Part shown: in pieces, positions 17,191 through 33,482 of the stretch | How the letters are laid out: each line of letters begins with the position of its first letter | Position numbering within the stretch: position 1 is the stretch's first letter | Assembly (NCBI RefSeq): GCF_009914755.1 | Contig: NC_060947.1 | DNA from: the human T2T-CHM13v2.0 reference genome, Homo sapiens | DNA length: 64,000 nucleotides | Direction: 5' to 3' (one strand) | Program-made: the position numbers and the translations under genes | Notes under the pieces: model-generated | What the model saw: only the letters and a program-made list of their open reading frames with translations | Databases searched by the model: none | Told to the model about the DNA's origin: nothing

Positions 17191-17843
17191 AATAGTATTT
17201 CTTCATAGAAATAACTTTAATCAGTGATGGGTGCACATGAATGGTTATCTGAGAACTATCCGTTCAGGCTTTTTGTTAATAAAAACTGACACAAATACCT
17301 TGTTTAGAAATATAGAATTAGCTTAATATGTGTGGTTTTATAAATAAAATGTGTCAAATGAGGCTAATAAAGAACAGTTTTACATGTAAAATGTGAAAAT
17401 ACTTGTTAATTGTTTGAGCTTTCGCCAATTTTACAGAGCAAAGAACTTAAAAGGTGCCAGATTTATTCATACCATTCTAATGCACCTTTTTAAATCCGTT
17501 TATTAATGTTTGCTTGTATATCATGATTAGAGTGTGGATTCTTTTTCTTGTGTAATGTTTTAAATTACTGTTTTGAATATGTTTGGCTTTTAAAAAATAA
17601 ATAATGTCTTATTATATTGCTGTACTATGGTTTATTTAGTCATTCCCCAATTTTAAAAATTACTTTTCTCTCTCTAGTTCTCCTTTTGGGTTATTTTTAT
17701 CAAGAGGATAAATTATTTCAGTTACATTGTATTGCATTTCATTACTTTCCTTCTTTTTTTTGTATTATACATTTTCTCTAATATTTTGTTCTAAGTAGTT
17801 AAATGCACTAATCTTCTTTCTTCTGCTATCTTTTTAACATCAG

Positions 17844-18468
<625 letters not shown>

Positions 18469-18599
18469 TGAGAAATCCTGACTCATAACCACAGCTAATT
18501 GGGCTATTCCATTTTTATCTAAAAATGAATATTTTCTTTATTTTTGTGTTGCTTATGGCTTGTCATATTAAGATTGTACCTCTATCTGTGCCATTTTTG

Positions 18600-18731
18600 T
18601 TTTCATTTTTTATTTTAAGATGAGGTTTCATTATGTTGCTCAGGCTGGACTTGAACTCCTGGGCTCAAGCAATCCTCCTGCCTCAGCCTCCCCAGTAAGT
18701 GGGACTACAGGCACATGCCATTGTGCCTAGC
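18600..18731 (-). mobile_element. Alu monomer (FLAM-like)
   Basis: Single arm. Confidence 0.8.
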
Positions 18732-19184
18732 TTGTTTTTCTGTTTTGAAATGTGTTTCCCTCTTAAGAGAGAATGTCTGCACTGTCTTTCCATTGATTTC
18801 CTGGAATCTTTTCAACAATTTTATTTTGTTATGTGTGTTCCCACTTGTGTTACCCTTTTAAGACCAAATTTGATGGAGGAAGTCCTCTGTTTAGAAACTT
18901 CCAAGGGTTCTTATCTAAAATTTCTAGCTCAGATTTCCTTATGCCATGTTTTCTGTCCTCCAGTCACAGTATATACTCTGCCCTTAGACTTTTCTTTTTG
19001 TTTTTCTTGTTGTTTGCAATAGTTTTATTTTACTCCCCCCTTGCATATCAAATAGGACTGAGCGAATCAAATGTCAGTCTTCTGAAAAGCATTCTCAGAC
19101 ACTACTACTTTTCCTTTCCAATGTGTTTTTTACTCTTATCTTTTCATTATATAGCACTTATACTGTGCCTGACTTTGACTCTAG

Positions 19185-19517
<333 letters not shown>

Positions 19518-19851
19518 TCTCTCTCAGTAATTATAAGTGATAGTCAATAAATGCAAGAATGGCTGTTGGTTTAAAACTGGTTGTTATGTTTTAAGAATGG
19601 AGAAAGTATGCGTGTGCCCCTTAATTTTATTATATAACAGATGTTGAATTTTGTTACATAAGTTCTCAGCATACTATTTGATTAAAAATTTTAAGCATAT
19701 TTCAGTAGCTCGCATTATTTTTATTATAGCAGACTTATTTTCCTAGTGTAAACTCTACTTGATCTTAATGAATTACTTTTTAATGTGATGTAGTGGTCTC
19801 TTTGTAAGAGTTCATTGAATATTTTGCATCTTTATTGATGAGAGTAGCCAT

Positions 19852-20380
19852 TGTTCCAGTTATCTATTGATGCATAACAAACCACCCCAAACTTAGTGAT
19901 GTGAAACAACAATCATTTTATTATGCCTAATGATTCTTTGGGTCTGGAATTCAGACAGAACTAAGTGGAGATGACTTGTGTCTGCTTTATGATGTCAAGG
20001 GCCTTAGCTTGGACCATTTGAGTGCCTGGCACTAACACAGTTAGGGACTATAATCATTTGGAAGCTTCTTTACTCATGTTTAGTGCCTAGTCTGTAGTGA
20101 TATGAAGGCTGGACTTAGCCAGAACTGTTAGCTGCATAACTACAAATGGCCTTTCTATGTGGCTACGGCTTCTTACAGTATGGCGTCTGGGTTTGGAGAG
20201 AATGTCCTGAGAGAAGTGTCCAGTTTGCTAGTGCTCCAAGAGACCAGTGCAGTTGCTGCCTGGCATTCTGTGACCTAATTTTGGAAGCATCACTGCATTC
20301 TATTCTAGAGAAGATGACATAGACCCTCTTACTGGGGAGCAATGTCCAATAATTTGGGGCCATGTTTTAAAACTGTCACA
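19852..20380 (-). mobile_element. MaLR LTR (MLT1F/G/H-like)
   Basis: cagttatctattg..gcataacaaaccaccccaaacttagtg...aaacaacaatcatttattatgc. Confidence 0.72.
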
Positions 20381-20720
20381 GTCTCTATGATATATTCTTT
20401 TGCTGTTTATTGCCTATATCATATTTGGGAAAAATACTGAGCACATTTCTTTTGTAAATTATGTTGGTTAATATAAACAAGCTGTTGTAAATACAACAAA
20501 GTAGAAATTAAGTAAAGTTTTAGAATAATTCCAGTCAGTCTATCTGAACCAGGTATTTCTTAGATATTTTTCCTTGATTTATCTTTATTGTGTAATCATA
20601 GTATCTTTTTTGTACATTAGATTCTACATGTTTTAGTCATTGTTTGTACCTGGATTTCCTATTTATTGGTATATAACTTAGAAACATTTCCCTCTCCCAA
20701 CCTTTTGTTTTTTATACTAG

Positions 20721-21078
<358 letters not shown>

Positions 21079-21292
21079 TAAAAATTGAAAATCAGTTTTG
21101 TCGTTGCCTCTCTTGCCCCGAAAGGAATAAAGTATTCCTTTTATTTTTAGTTCTAGCCTATTTTCTTTTTTAAGAAATAACCATATTGAGATATATTTAC
21201 CATACTATAAAATTTACCCTTTAAAGTGCAAATTCAGAGTTGTACAGCCACCATTACAATATAATTTTAGAATATTTTATTTATTTTTATTA

Positions 21293-21587
21293 TTTTTTTT
21301 GAGATGGAGTCTCACTCACTCTGTTGTCCAGGTTGGGGTACAGTGGCATGATCTTGGCTCACTGCAACCTCCATCTCCTGGATTCAAGTGATACTCCTGC
21401 CTCAGCCTCGCGAGTAGTTGGGATTACAGGCGTGCACCACCACGCCTGGCTAATTTTTGTATTGGTAGTAGAGACAAGGTTTTACCATGTCAGCCAGGCT
21501 GGTCTCGAACTCCTAACTTCAAGTGATCCACTCACCTCGGCCTCCCAAAGTTCTGGGATTATAGACATGAGCCAGCACACCTGCCCT
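21293..21587 (-). mobile_element. Alu (AluS-like)
   Basis: Full dimer. Confidence 0.9.
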
Positions 21588-21927
21588 GTATTGTCTTAAT
21601 TATTTGAAATTCTCTCCTTTCTTTAATGTCACTGAGAAATCATAAGTAATTATACTTGATGGAATTGACTTCCATAGTTTCCACATTCTTTTCAATGCAA
21701 AATAAATAGAAGATTGATAGGTCATTTTGTGTTATCAGATAATTGTTTTACTGAATTCGATTCTATTTTATTATTGTTAAAATTGAACTTTAAATTTCAG
21801 TGTATAAGTATTTATATTAAAGTAATGTGATACTATATAATCTTGAATTTTATGACTTTATCAGACTTAATTGATTTTGAGAAAATTAGAAGAAGCTAAT
21901 GATTTTATTTTTTTCCCTCTGCTGTAG

Positions 21928-22041
<114 letters not shown>

Positions 22042-23533
22042 TGAAATCAGCAGCTCTCAAATAGTCACTTCGTTGTTCCACCTAAAGAGATGTTGTTAGC
22101 ACTTTACATGGTAAATAACGCTAAGGCATTATTTGCATCATATCCATATAAAATTTGTAAGGAAAAAAGAGCAAAGGACAAAGTAAGAGAGAAAGTCTAT
22201 TGACAAAGTTTTATTCATATGTGAAAGTTATCTAAAAACTTAGCAGTTTATAATTATTATGTTACTTTTATTAGATATATTTCCCACTTTCAGCATCTGG
22301 TTTTAGGAACAAAGAAATTGATTAAGAAGGGAGGAGGAAGATAATGAAGAGATACAGGTTCAGATGACAGGTAATCGTACAGTGTAGGGAGTTAAAAAGT
22401 GCCATGAATAACAGTAAGTAAGCAAGCAAGCAAGTAAGTAAGTTACGTTAAGTAAGTTAAATAAGGTATTGATAAAATCGACATTTCTTCTAAAAGGTAA
22501 AGAAATTTTGTTGTGTGTAGTGGTGTCTTTAAAGTGTTTTCACTTTATTTTAAAAATATTTTGAACTGGGAAAGATGAAAGTACAAAATACAGAAATTTC
22601 TTCCCTAAGACAGAAGTATTTAGGACAAACATTTGGCAGGGGGACAAAATTATGTAAGTTGGGGAGTCATATATCCTCATATGGATCAATAAATGAGCCA
22701 GTCAAGATTACGGGCAGGTTCTGATGTATCTGGTGTCTCCCAATACTTAGCTCATCCTTGAAATTTCAGATGATGCCCGGGCAAATACATTTTATGGAGA
22801 TTTCTGGGGGTATTTTTTTTTTTTAATGAAAGTGGCATCAACAACATTAGAGCATTAGAAATTGGGAGAGGAAGTTGCTTAAAAATAGATATAAAACGTT
22901 AAGATGGTAAAGAATGATTTATTTAAACAAATGCAGAAACTGAATTGTAAGAAGCAATTCAATTCTGCAGTATTCCTTTAAAGATACCGTAATATCTTTG
23001 AAAAACAAGTAACATTGGTAGAGTTTGATCACAACATTCAGTGTAGTATGTGTATTAAATGTTACCTGTCTGTGAGGCCTGAAAGATAGACAACTATATT
23101 AAATTCTTGAGCCTGTGATCTTTATAATGTCACTAAGGTGTTGAGAAATTTAAAAAATTGTCTTAATCATAGCATATAGAAAGCTGCCTAGTTTACTTCA
23201 TTTGCCTAAAATAAAAGTAGCTTTAATTCAATATTAGAAAATTCAGCTGACTTCTGCTCAGAGGAGATGTTGTCATGATGTTACTATGGTATCCTTAAGG
23301 TTCTGAACCAGATTGACTGTTTAAAGATGAGCTATACTAAAATTATTTTTCCCTATATCCAGTCATTTTTTTCTGGGGTAGGATGGATATAAGTACCTGC
23401 TTGTTGTGTCATATAATCAAGGGCTATGTCCTTTCTCATTAGGCTCTTTGCAAATGGAAGGTTGAGTGCAGACAGCTGAACAGATGCCAGAAATAACGTA
23501 ATGAGTTGAAATTTTAAATCTTAAGTCTCCCCT

Positions 23534-23534
<1 letters not shown>

Positions 23535-23573
<39 letters not shown>

Positions 23574-24192
23574 TTATGAGAGAGAGTCTTGTTCTTTCAT
23601 CCAGGCTGGAGTGTAGTGTCGTGATCATGGCTCACTGCGGCCTTGACCTCCTGGGCTCAGGTGATCCTCCCACCTTAACCTCCTGAATAGCTGGGACTAC
23701 AGGCTCACGACAACACGCCCAGCTAATTTTTTGTTTCTGTTTTTATTTTTTGTGGACATGGGGTTTTGCCATGTTGCCCAGGCCGCAAGTGATCCTCTTG
23801 CCTCATCCTCCGAAGTAGCTGGGGCTACAGGCGTGCACCACCATGCCCAGCTAGTTTTTATTTTTCGTAGAGACAGATCTGGCTGTGTTGCCCAGGCTGA
23901 TCCTCAATCTCCTAAACTCAGGCAGTTGTCCCACCTCAGCCTCCAAAGTGCTGGGATTACAGGCATGAGCCACCTTCCTGGCATGAGTGAGTTTGTTTGT
24001 TTGTTTGTTTGTTTGTCTGTTTTTGGCATGAGTTTCTTTCTTTCTTTTTTTTTTTTTTAATTTAATTTTTTTTTGTAGAGACAGGTCTTTCTCTGTTGCC
24101 CAGGCTGGTCTCAATCTCCTAGCCTGAAGAAGTTGTCCCACCTTGGCCTCCCAAAGTGCTGGAATTACAGGTGTGAGCCACCCCTCCCGCCT
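23535..24192 (-). mobile_element. Rearranged AluJ-like cluster with (TAT)n tail
   Basis: Repeated partial arms followed by an extra monomer. Confidence 0.85.
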
Positions 24193-25257
24193 GAGTTTCT
24201 TAATTAGGCTTCTGAGTTGTAGTTTTTTTTAAAACAAGGCCGCAGAGCATGTTCCCTTTGTCAAATTCATTCCTTTTTTGGCATCAGTTTGTTTACAAAT
24301 CAGGAGCTTGCTAACTCAACATTTGGACCTTGTCACAAGTGAGTTTGTCAAGATTTCTAAAAACTTAAGGTGTTGAAAACTTAAATTGTAAGGTTAATTT
24401 AAGCACTGCTGTAATATTTATCTTAGAATCAGGCAATCTCCATGAAGGGGAATTTACTATATAATCAAAGATAAAGCCATTAATTACTTATACACACAAA
24501 ATTATTTTAATATAATTCTTTTATAAATGACTTAGAAACTTCTTTAAGTATACTTATTGTAATTTAACATTTCCTGCAGACCCAAAGTTGTTATAAGCAT
24601 CAGTTATTTTTTCTACAATACATTGATGGCTTCTGTAGCTGTTGAAGCATGGAGGGATATTTAACTCCATGCTGCTCCTGACTGCTCCGTTGGTGATTCT
24701 GTGGCCAGTGTTTTCTTCTTTTTTTCCTAGTCAGCTGTCACTTTTCTTTTTTTCTTTCTCTTTTCTTTTAAAATAGAGATAGGGTCTTGCTATATCACTT
24801 TTAGATTTACCGGATTTTAGCAGTCTTGCTAAAAATGTCCCCCACATTTTTAAGGCAGCAGGCTCTGGCCTTATGTCCTAATGGTGGCTTCATACCTGCC
24901 TCAAGAGTTAAATGAATGGAGTTTGTGATAGCTACTTTCTTTTCTGCTCTGAGGTCCTTTTCTGCTTGTTTTTGGGTTTCTGGATGTCTTGTGGTTTATG
25001 AGACGGGGAGGAGCTTTAGAAATGAGGGATTGTTGAAAAGTATGCAGTATGTTTGCTTTGAGATATATTTATATGTAAATGTTAATTTCACAGAAATGTT
25101 CAGGTCATTAGTTACTTTTTGTTCTCTAGCATTCCCAGGTATACAGCACCTGGGTATGAAGTATGGGAAGATTTTGAAGAGAGATACGTGATTCTAGATT
25201 AAAAACAAAAGCCTTTCAAAAGGTTTTTGAGAGTGTTTTCTCTTCTCCTCTTCTCTC

Positions 25258-25553
25258 TTTTTTTTTTTTTTTTTTTTGTGAGACAGAGTCTCACTCTGTT
25301 GCCCAGGCTCTGGAGTGCAGTGGTGTGATCTCGGCTTACTGCAACCTCTGCCTCCCAGATTCAAGCGTTTCTCCTACCTCAGCCTCCCAAGTAGCTGCGA
25401 TTACAGGCATGCCCAGCTAATTTTTGTATTTTTAGTAGTGACGGGGTTTCACCATATTGGCCAGGCTGGTCTTGAACTCCAGACCTCAAGTGACTCGCCC
25501 GCCTCAGCCTCCCAAAGTGCTAGGATTACAGGCATGAGCCACCGCACCCGGCC
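25258..25553 (-). mobile_element. Alu (AluS-like)
   Basis: Full dimer; approximate TSD gagtgt. Confidence 0.9.
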
Positions 25554-26955
25554 AAGAGTGTGTTTCTTTAGCCAGAGAAATGGTGCTTTCTCCTGAGTTC
25601 ATCAACTTTTTAAAACAATCATTTTTTTTTTTTTTTAAGTTGCGGTAAGTAAGGATTCTTCTAGGGTACGACTAGAAATTAATCTCACCCAGATAAGAGG
25701 GAGGCAGCATGATTTAGGTGAATAGTCTCAGACAAATTATTTAATTTCTTTTAGCCTTAGCCTAAGCCTTAGTTTCCTCATCTTTGAAGCTGGGATTATG
25801 GATTTACAGCTATGTATATACACAGGCGCGCGCACACACACAGATGCATGCATATACAAAATATTGCTCTGGTCAATTGAAAAAAATCTATGTTAATTAT
25901 ATCTAGTTCTTATTTATAAATCTCATCTTCTTGTACCAAGACATTCTTCTTTTAGATATTACTATATTTATGGTATTTCTAGTGAGAAGACTAGTAAGCA
26001 AATAATTCAACAATAAAAACAGGATTTTGAAAATCTAGTATTTACGTTGATTACCCCTGCCCCCATCTCTCTCTTTCTCAGTCTGATGCCCCATCAGTGG
26101 AAGTTCATGTATCTCTTCTTACTGCACACTAGAAATTTCCTTTCTGATGTTTGGTCTCCACCTGACTAATGTTTTACTACTTCTAATGTGTACCTTTTCT
26201 TTTTTCCTCTCCCATCCTCCTGTGTAAGATTCTAAAGGTCCTTATCAAATTGTTTCTCTTTGACATAGTTCTTTATTTTCTAACTTATAACATGTGTGGT
26301 TTTTCTGGTGGGTATGGAGTGGAGGTGGAGTCAGAGCTATAGCATTTGGCATTTCCACACATCAGGGCTTTGATTATGTACTACTTTTGACAGCTTCTTT
26401 TTCTTTTTGGTATTCTTTAGTTTTAACTTTTAACTAGATTACAGGCGTCTAGGTGGGCAGGAACTACAATTTACTACTTAGCTCTTTTAGAGGATATTAG
26501 GATGTAGTTACTTTACATGCAATAGTGCTTAATAAAGAGACTTGACTAAAGTGAACTCTAGCTATTACTCTTTTCCTTATCTTCAGCTTCATCCCCAAGG
26601 TTTTAAGTGTTATACTAGATGCTATCTCACTCTTGATAACATATGGTTTATGTTAAAGAGACAAAGCCAATATAAATATTACAGCATGAGTAAAGTGAGT
26701 CAGGTAGAAATGGCCAAAGTTAATTGTGTTAGGAAAAAAGATATCTGTCAGAAGTATGGGGCTGTTTTCTTGTGCATACTGAGAATAGATAGCATTTGTT
26801 TGTGCTTTATTTATAGATTAGAGTATCATGGTAAAGATTATTAGATGATGGTTGAAGAAGTATGCCTTTTATTGTGTGACCATAGACTTCTTAGTGTTAG
26901 AGACTTACTTGGAAGTTTTCTTTATTTTTTTATCACACCATATATTAACTTCTGA

Positions 26956-27105
<150 letters not shown>

Positions 27106-27133
27106 TGAAAGTATTATTAAATTGTAAGCATTA

Positions 27134-27887
<754 letters not shown>

Positions 27888-29566
27888 TAATAGTACTTTA
27901 CTCATAAGGCTGTTACGAAGATTGAATTGAGTAATGTTTGAAAATTGCTTAACATTTTATGGTTCCCAGAACATAGCAAGGACTTAATAAATGGTAGTTA
28001 TTATTGACAAAAATGAAAATGTCAAGGAAAAGTATAAGAACATATCCTGGAATGTTGTAAAAGGAAGGTTTCAGCAATATTTAGGGAACCTGATAGCTAG
28101 GGCAAAGGAGTATATAGATACTTTTATTGTTTAAAAACTCTTAAGAACAACAAAGATTACATATTAGTTTAGACTGAGTTGTCCCCCCCTTACCTCCCTA
28201 GGGCTAGATTGAGTTGATTATTTCATTGAGCTCTTTGAAGTATTGTTACCAATAAATACATACATAGATTTACTATAAATTAAGCTTCTTCAAGGAAGGG
28301 ATTTGGGTTTGTTTGGGTCACGGCTGTATTTCAGCACCAGTACTTTTACTCTTCCAAAATTTTTCGCTGTGGGTTTTCAAGTAGAAAATGTTGTCTGATT
28401 TGAGTTTTATTTGGTCTTTTTTTTCTTGCTTACTCTGATGAAGGAGCTTTGAACTATTATTCTAAAAGATAGATGAGTTAAAATGGCTTTGATGATCGCT
28501 AAGTGCTATTAATCACTCCCCAAGTAGTTGAGAAGTAATTTTGAATAGTGGCATTTTTTACCCTTTTAATACTGAATGTTTTAGTGAGAACTTTCTCACT
28601 AAAAGGGAACAACTATTTGAGATAATTGTCCTGAAATATGATTTGAAAATGTCAGCAAACCAAGTTGCTAACAATTAAGATGCTATATTTCAATATAGTC
28701 ACTAAATTAGCCAATCAGAAAATACCAAAAAAACTTTTTTTGTGGAATATCAGGACCTTATTCTCAGATGAGACGCAACTGCACTTACATGTGACATGAC
28801 TTCAGATTTTAAAAAATGTTCTGTTGACAAAAATTAATTTTTAAAATTTACTGAACTGAATTACCTTACATCTCTAGGATACTCTTGTCAGAGACCGTTA
28901 CTTTTAGATGTTCTATATGGTATTGGTCTCTGCTTTTATTTCTAAGTACTTCATTGTTTTTAATGATTTGTGGAGAATCTCAGTTTACCCTGAGACTAGA
29001 GAATGCCCTCTTGTTGTGCAAAGGAAAACCAGAGTACCAGTCTTCCAAGGCAATACTAGCTACATTTCCATTTCTTTAAAAAATTATGATTGTTTATATC
29101 TGTTGACTGTGTGATGTATTTGAAGCTAATAACATATTTCTAATGTTTTGTTGATTTATACATCATACATTTTATTTGAGAGTATAATTTCCATCATTTT
29201 GAATCCATTTAAAAATATAATTTTGGTTTGGTTTGGGTTTGCTTTTGCTTTATATCTGTGCTTATCACAAGGATGTTTTGTTTTGATGAGGGAGGCTTTT
29301 AAAATTTTTAACCTGAGTAATTGGTATATATTTTCATTGATTAAAGTGAATTCAGAATATCTATCTTGATCTTAAATAAAGAGCTGAAGTGTTCAGAGGT
29401 ACCCCTACCTTTATATATTGTTCTCTTGCCTACTTTGAGGATTTATTGGAGAAGAAAGGTGAGATAAAGATACCTTTTCATGCTTTTGTCTAGGGTATTT
29501 CAAAAGCAAGTGATATGTTAAGTCATGCATTCTAAATGAAATTGCTGTTTTAAATTTTTGTTTTAG

Positions 29567-29833
<267 letters not shown>

Positions 29834-30006
29834 TAAAGAGAAAGGAAATAACAGAGATACAAATTAATTTTATTTATAAAGTGACCACTAAGAGGACACT
29901 CCCCCATCCCTCCTGCGAATTCCTGGAAATGGGATGATAATTTCAGTTTTGATTTTGTGAAGGTATACTATAACTAGTATTTGGTAATTTTCTTGTATAC
30001 TATGCA

Positions 30007-30177
30007 TACTGTGCCACAGCAGGGGAGAATTGGACAATAGGTATGTGTTGGGTTCTTGAAAAATACTATGCCACAGCAAGGGAAAATTGGACTATAGGTA
30101 TGCATTGGATTATTGAAAAATACCATGCCACAAGAAGGGAAAATTGGATGATAGGTATGTATTGGGTTTTTGAAAGA
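30007..30177. repeat. Degenerate tandem repeat, 3 x 57 bp, no indels
   Basis: Units start at 30007, 30064 and 30121; 8 and 9 mismatches between adjacent units. Confidence 0.93.
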
Positions 30178-31419
30178 TATGTTACCAGGGAAGATATTGA
30201 CAGCAGATTTGGAGATATCATCACAGTCATTTTGGATATGTGATCCTGATGCCATTTAGTTTGTCTTTGGTGTGCGTTGCCTCTCCAGGTAGGATGGCCC
30301 CTACTAGATGATGCCTGTTCTTTCAGTCACACTGCAAAAAATTGATTTTTCTTATGTTTCTGGGTAACTTTAGGCTGGGGCAAATTCTTTGATCTTTAAA
30401 GTTTAATGAAATAAGGTATATTTTTATACCTCATAACATCTGTTAGTTCCTCTTTTGTGCTTAAGGTAAAATTGGTGATACACTGCTGTTGAATTTGTTG
30501 CTTTTGAGTTTCAATAAATAAAATAGGCATTAATTGTTATGATAGTATTCTGAATCTTCTGAATCTTAATGATATTTTGATTTTTAACTAAAAAAACTTT
30601 ATATTCTCTGTTGGTTTGTTTTTTATTTATAAGATTTTCTCAAAGAATTAAATCTATGATTAAAGATATGCTTCTACGTCCTTCATTATTAAAGAGAAAA
30701 TGCAGTTTCCCGTATGTTGTTTTTGTTTTTAGATTTGAAGTCAGAAAATATGAATGTGATCTTGCTTTATGCACTTGTGGTAGCAATGTCAATAACTTGA
30801 TGGCTAAAGTAAATTAAAACAGGGATTATGGTGCAAGATGGATACTTTTAGATCAGAGTGACAGACTGGTTTGCTGGGAGCATGAAATTAACTTAGAGCA
30901 GAAAATTGGGAAATCTTTCTTTAAGAGAGCCAATAGCCACAAATTTAAGATGTAGTTTTATTGTTGTTGTATCATGCAATGCACCAAGTCTGAGAAGTAG
31001 TCTGGAGTAAGCTAAAGAAAGCAAAAAGTGATCAGATCTTTCAGTTAATAAATTTTAAATCCCAGGCAATAAGAATCTTGTATCAGGAGTAAGAGTTTAG
31101 TAACAGAAGGTAGAGATCTGGAGGAAGTTTTATGAAAAAGCACTTTAATTAAGTCACATTTTGCCCTTTGTTCTTTTGACTTTCCATGGAGATCTGTTCA
31201 CAGTTTCATCAGTCATGTTATAGAGTAAAATGAAAGGAAAGCAAATACTGATAAAATTCCTCAACATTTTCATAAAATATAATTTGATGTAAAGCCATCA
31301 AGTTCCTTTTAATTACTGAATAGCTAAATAACTTCTGTGTGAACTAAAATTTACTTTAGAAGGTGAATCATGATCTATGAAAATGATTATTTTAGAGGAC
31401 ATATTATAGAATAATGGGA

Positions 31420-31590
31420 TTTAAGGATAGACTGGAGTCAGATTGCCTTGGTTTGAATCCTGGTTTGACTGCTTATATGAACTGAGGCAAATTTTAAAAT
31501 TTCCCTGAGCTTCAATTTTGCCGTGAATGAAATGGGTATAATACTTACCTTTGAGAGGGCCATTGTGAGGATTAGGAGATAATTCCTGAA
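31420..31590 (+). mobile_element. MIR
   Basis: ctggagtcagattgccttggtttgaatcctgg...ctgagcttcaattt...attgtgaggatta. Confidence 0.7.
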
Positions 31591-31704
31591 AAGTTATTTT
31601 ATTTTATGTTATTTTATTGTCATTTGTAGCAGCTGCATCTTTCTTTTGTTAGAAGCAGATTAGCTCATTTCTGCTTAATATTTCTATTTGATCTTAAATT
31701 GTAA

Positions 31705-31965
<261 letters not shown>

Positions 31966-32846
31966 TAGGATATAACTTTGCTAGTGGCTCAGATAATTGT
32001 TTTTGAAATATTTAAATGTAAATAACATTTCAAACTATTTGCCCAACAAAATTCTGATGAATATCCGTGCCAACAATACTGTTTTCTTATTTTCAACCTG
32101 CGTGGACTAGTATTAAGAGTGGCTTTAAGTAAGGGGACTGGGGTTAGTCTGACAAGTTGTCTTAAGCTTTAGTATTATTCATCTCTACGGTGAAAAACCT
32201 TTTGTCAGGATGAAAAGAGATTTCACAATTAAAATCACTTTGGAAAATAAAATCACTTTGAAAAATAACATAAGCTGTTTATTGGCATCTAAATCAGTGT
32301 TTTTTATACAGTAGAAGGCATTTGTTTAACATTAATGACTGACCACCAAATTCAACTCTGAATGAGGAAAATAATTTTTTCAGCCTTATGCGAAATAACA
32401 GTAAATAAAATCTTTTGATGCTGCGGCTGTAATTTAAATTCTTTCTTCATTGGTGATAAAATATTTTGCTATCTCATAATGGAGATGTTTGTTTTCATAT
32501 CAAATAGGCAAAGTCTGATTTTTCAAAAATATTAGTAATGCAGTTGAGTTCAGTAGTTATCATGGTTATCTACGAATTATTGACCTGATCTTGAATTTTT
32601 TTGGGGAGGGGAATTAGTAGCTAATTTTAAATTGGTTATTTCTGAAATAGTTAATAACTTTAAAACATATCCAGACTCAAGAATTGACTAAGAAAAATCC
32701 TGATCATATTTCACCCATGTCTAAATTCCTCATATTTTTCATATAATTTGAAATAAAGTGTTGATACTTTTTCCCTTTAATTTATGTATATGCTATATAG
32801 TAAGTGATATGTAGTAGCAAACTACATTACAGATTTCTTTACAGTG

Positions 32847-33132
32847 TTTTTTTTGGAGGCAGAATCTCACTCTGTCTCCCAGGCTGGAGTACAGTGGCAC
32901 TATCTCAGCTGACTGCAACCTCTGCCTCCCAGGTTCAAGCTCCTGCCTCAGCCTCCTCAGTAGCTGGAATTATAGGCTTGTGCCACCATGCCTGGCTAAT
33001 TTTTGTATTTTTAGTAGAGTCGGGGTTTTGCCATGTTGGCCAGGCTGGTCTCGAACTCCTGACCTCAAGTGATCCGTCTGTCTTGGCCTCCCCGAGTGCT
33101 GAGATTACAGGCATGAGCCACTGCACCCGGCC
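32847..33132 (-). mobile_element. Alu (AluS-like)
   Basis: Dimer; TSD ttctttacagt. Confidence 0.92.
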
Positions 33133-33392
33133 TTCTTTACAGTTCTTTAGTGGAAATTTATGAGCATTAGAAAAAAAATCTACTAGCTAAATATTAAAAT
33201 CCCAATCAAATATTTCAGGTATTAAGGGACTTTATCTACCTGGTAATATAACTGTTAATTTTTCTATATGGTTACTGTTGTCTAGTATAATTCAAAATTC
33301 CCCAAAATACTGGGGAATTCTGCTTTTTTTGTGCTTGTAACAACTTACAGGTGTTCATTTGGTTGTCTTCCTTTACAATTGAAAAGAAATGA

Positions 33393-33482
<90 letters not shown>

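Noticed and set aside
25811-25858. Alternating purine-pyrimidine stretch (Z-DNA candidate; similar at about 4356-4384)
   Set aside because: Short and interrupted; common in introns, nothing suggests function
30007-30177. CRISPR-like array or stand-alone repeat protein (ORFs 30043-30243 + and 29974-30255 -)
   Set aside because: Units are contiguous with no unique spacers, the context is a primate intron, and a 57-bp unit automatically gives periodic ORFs; kept only as a splice-cassette hypothesis
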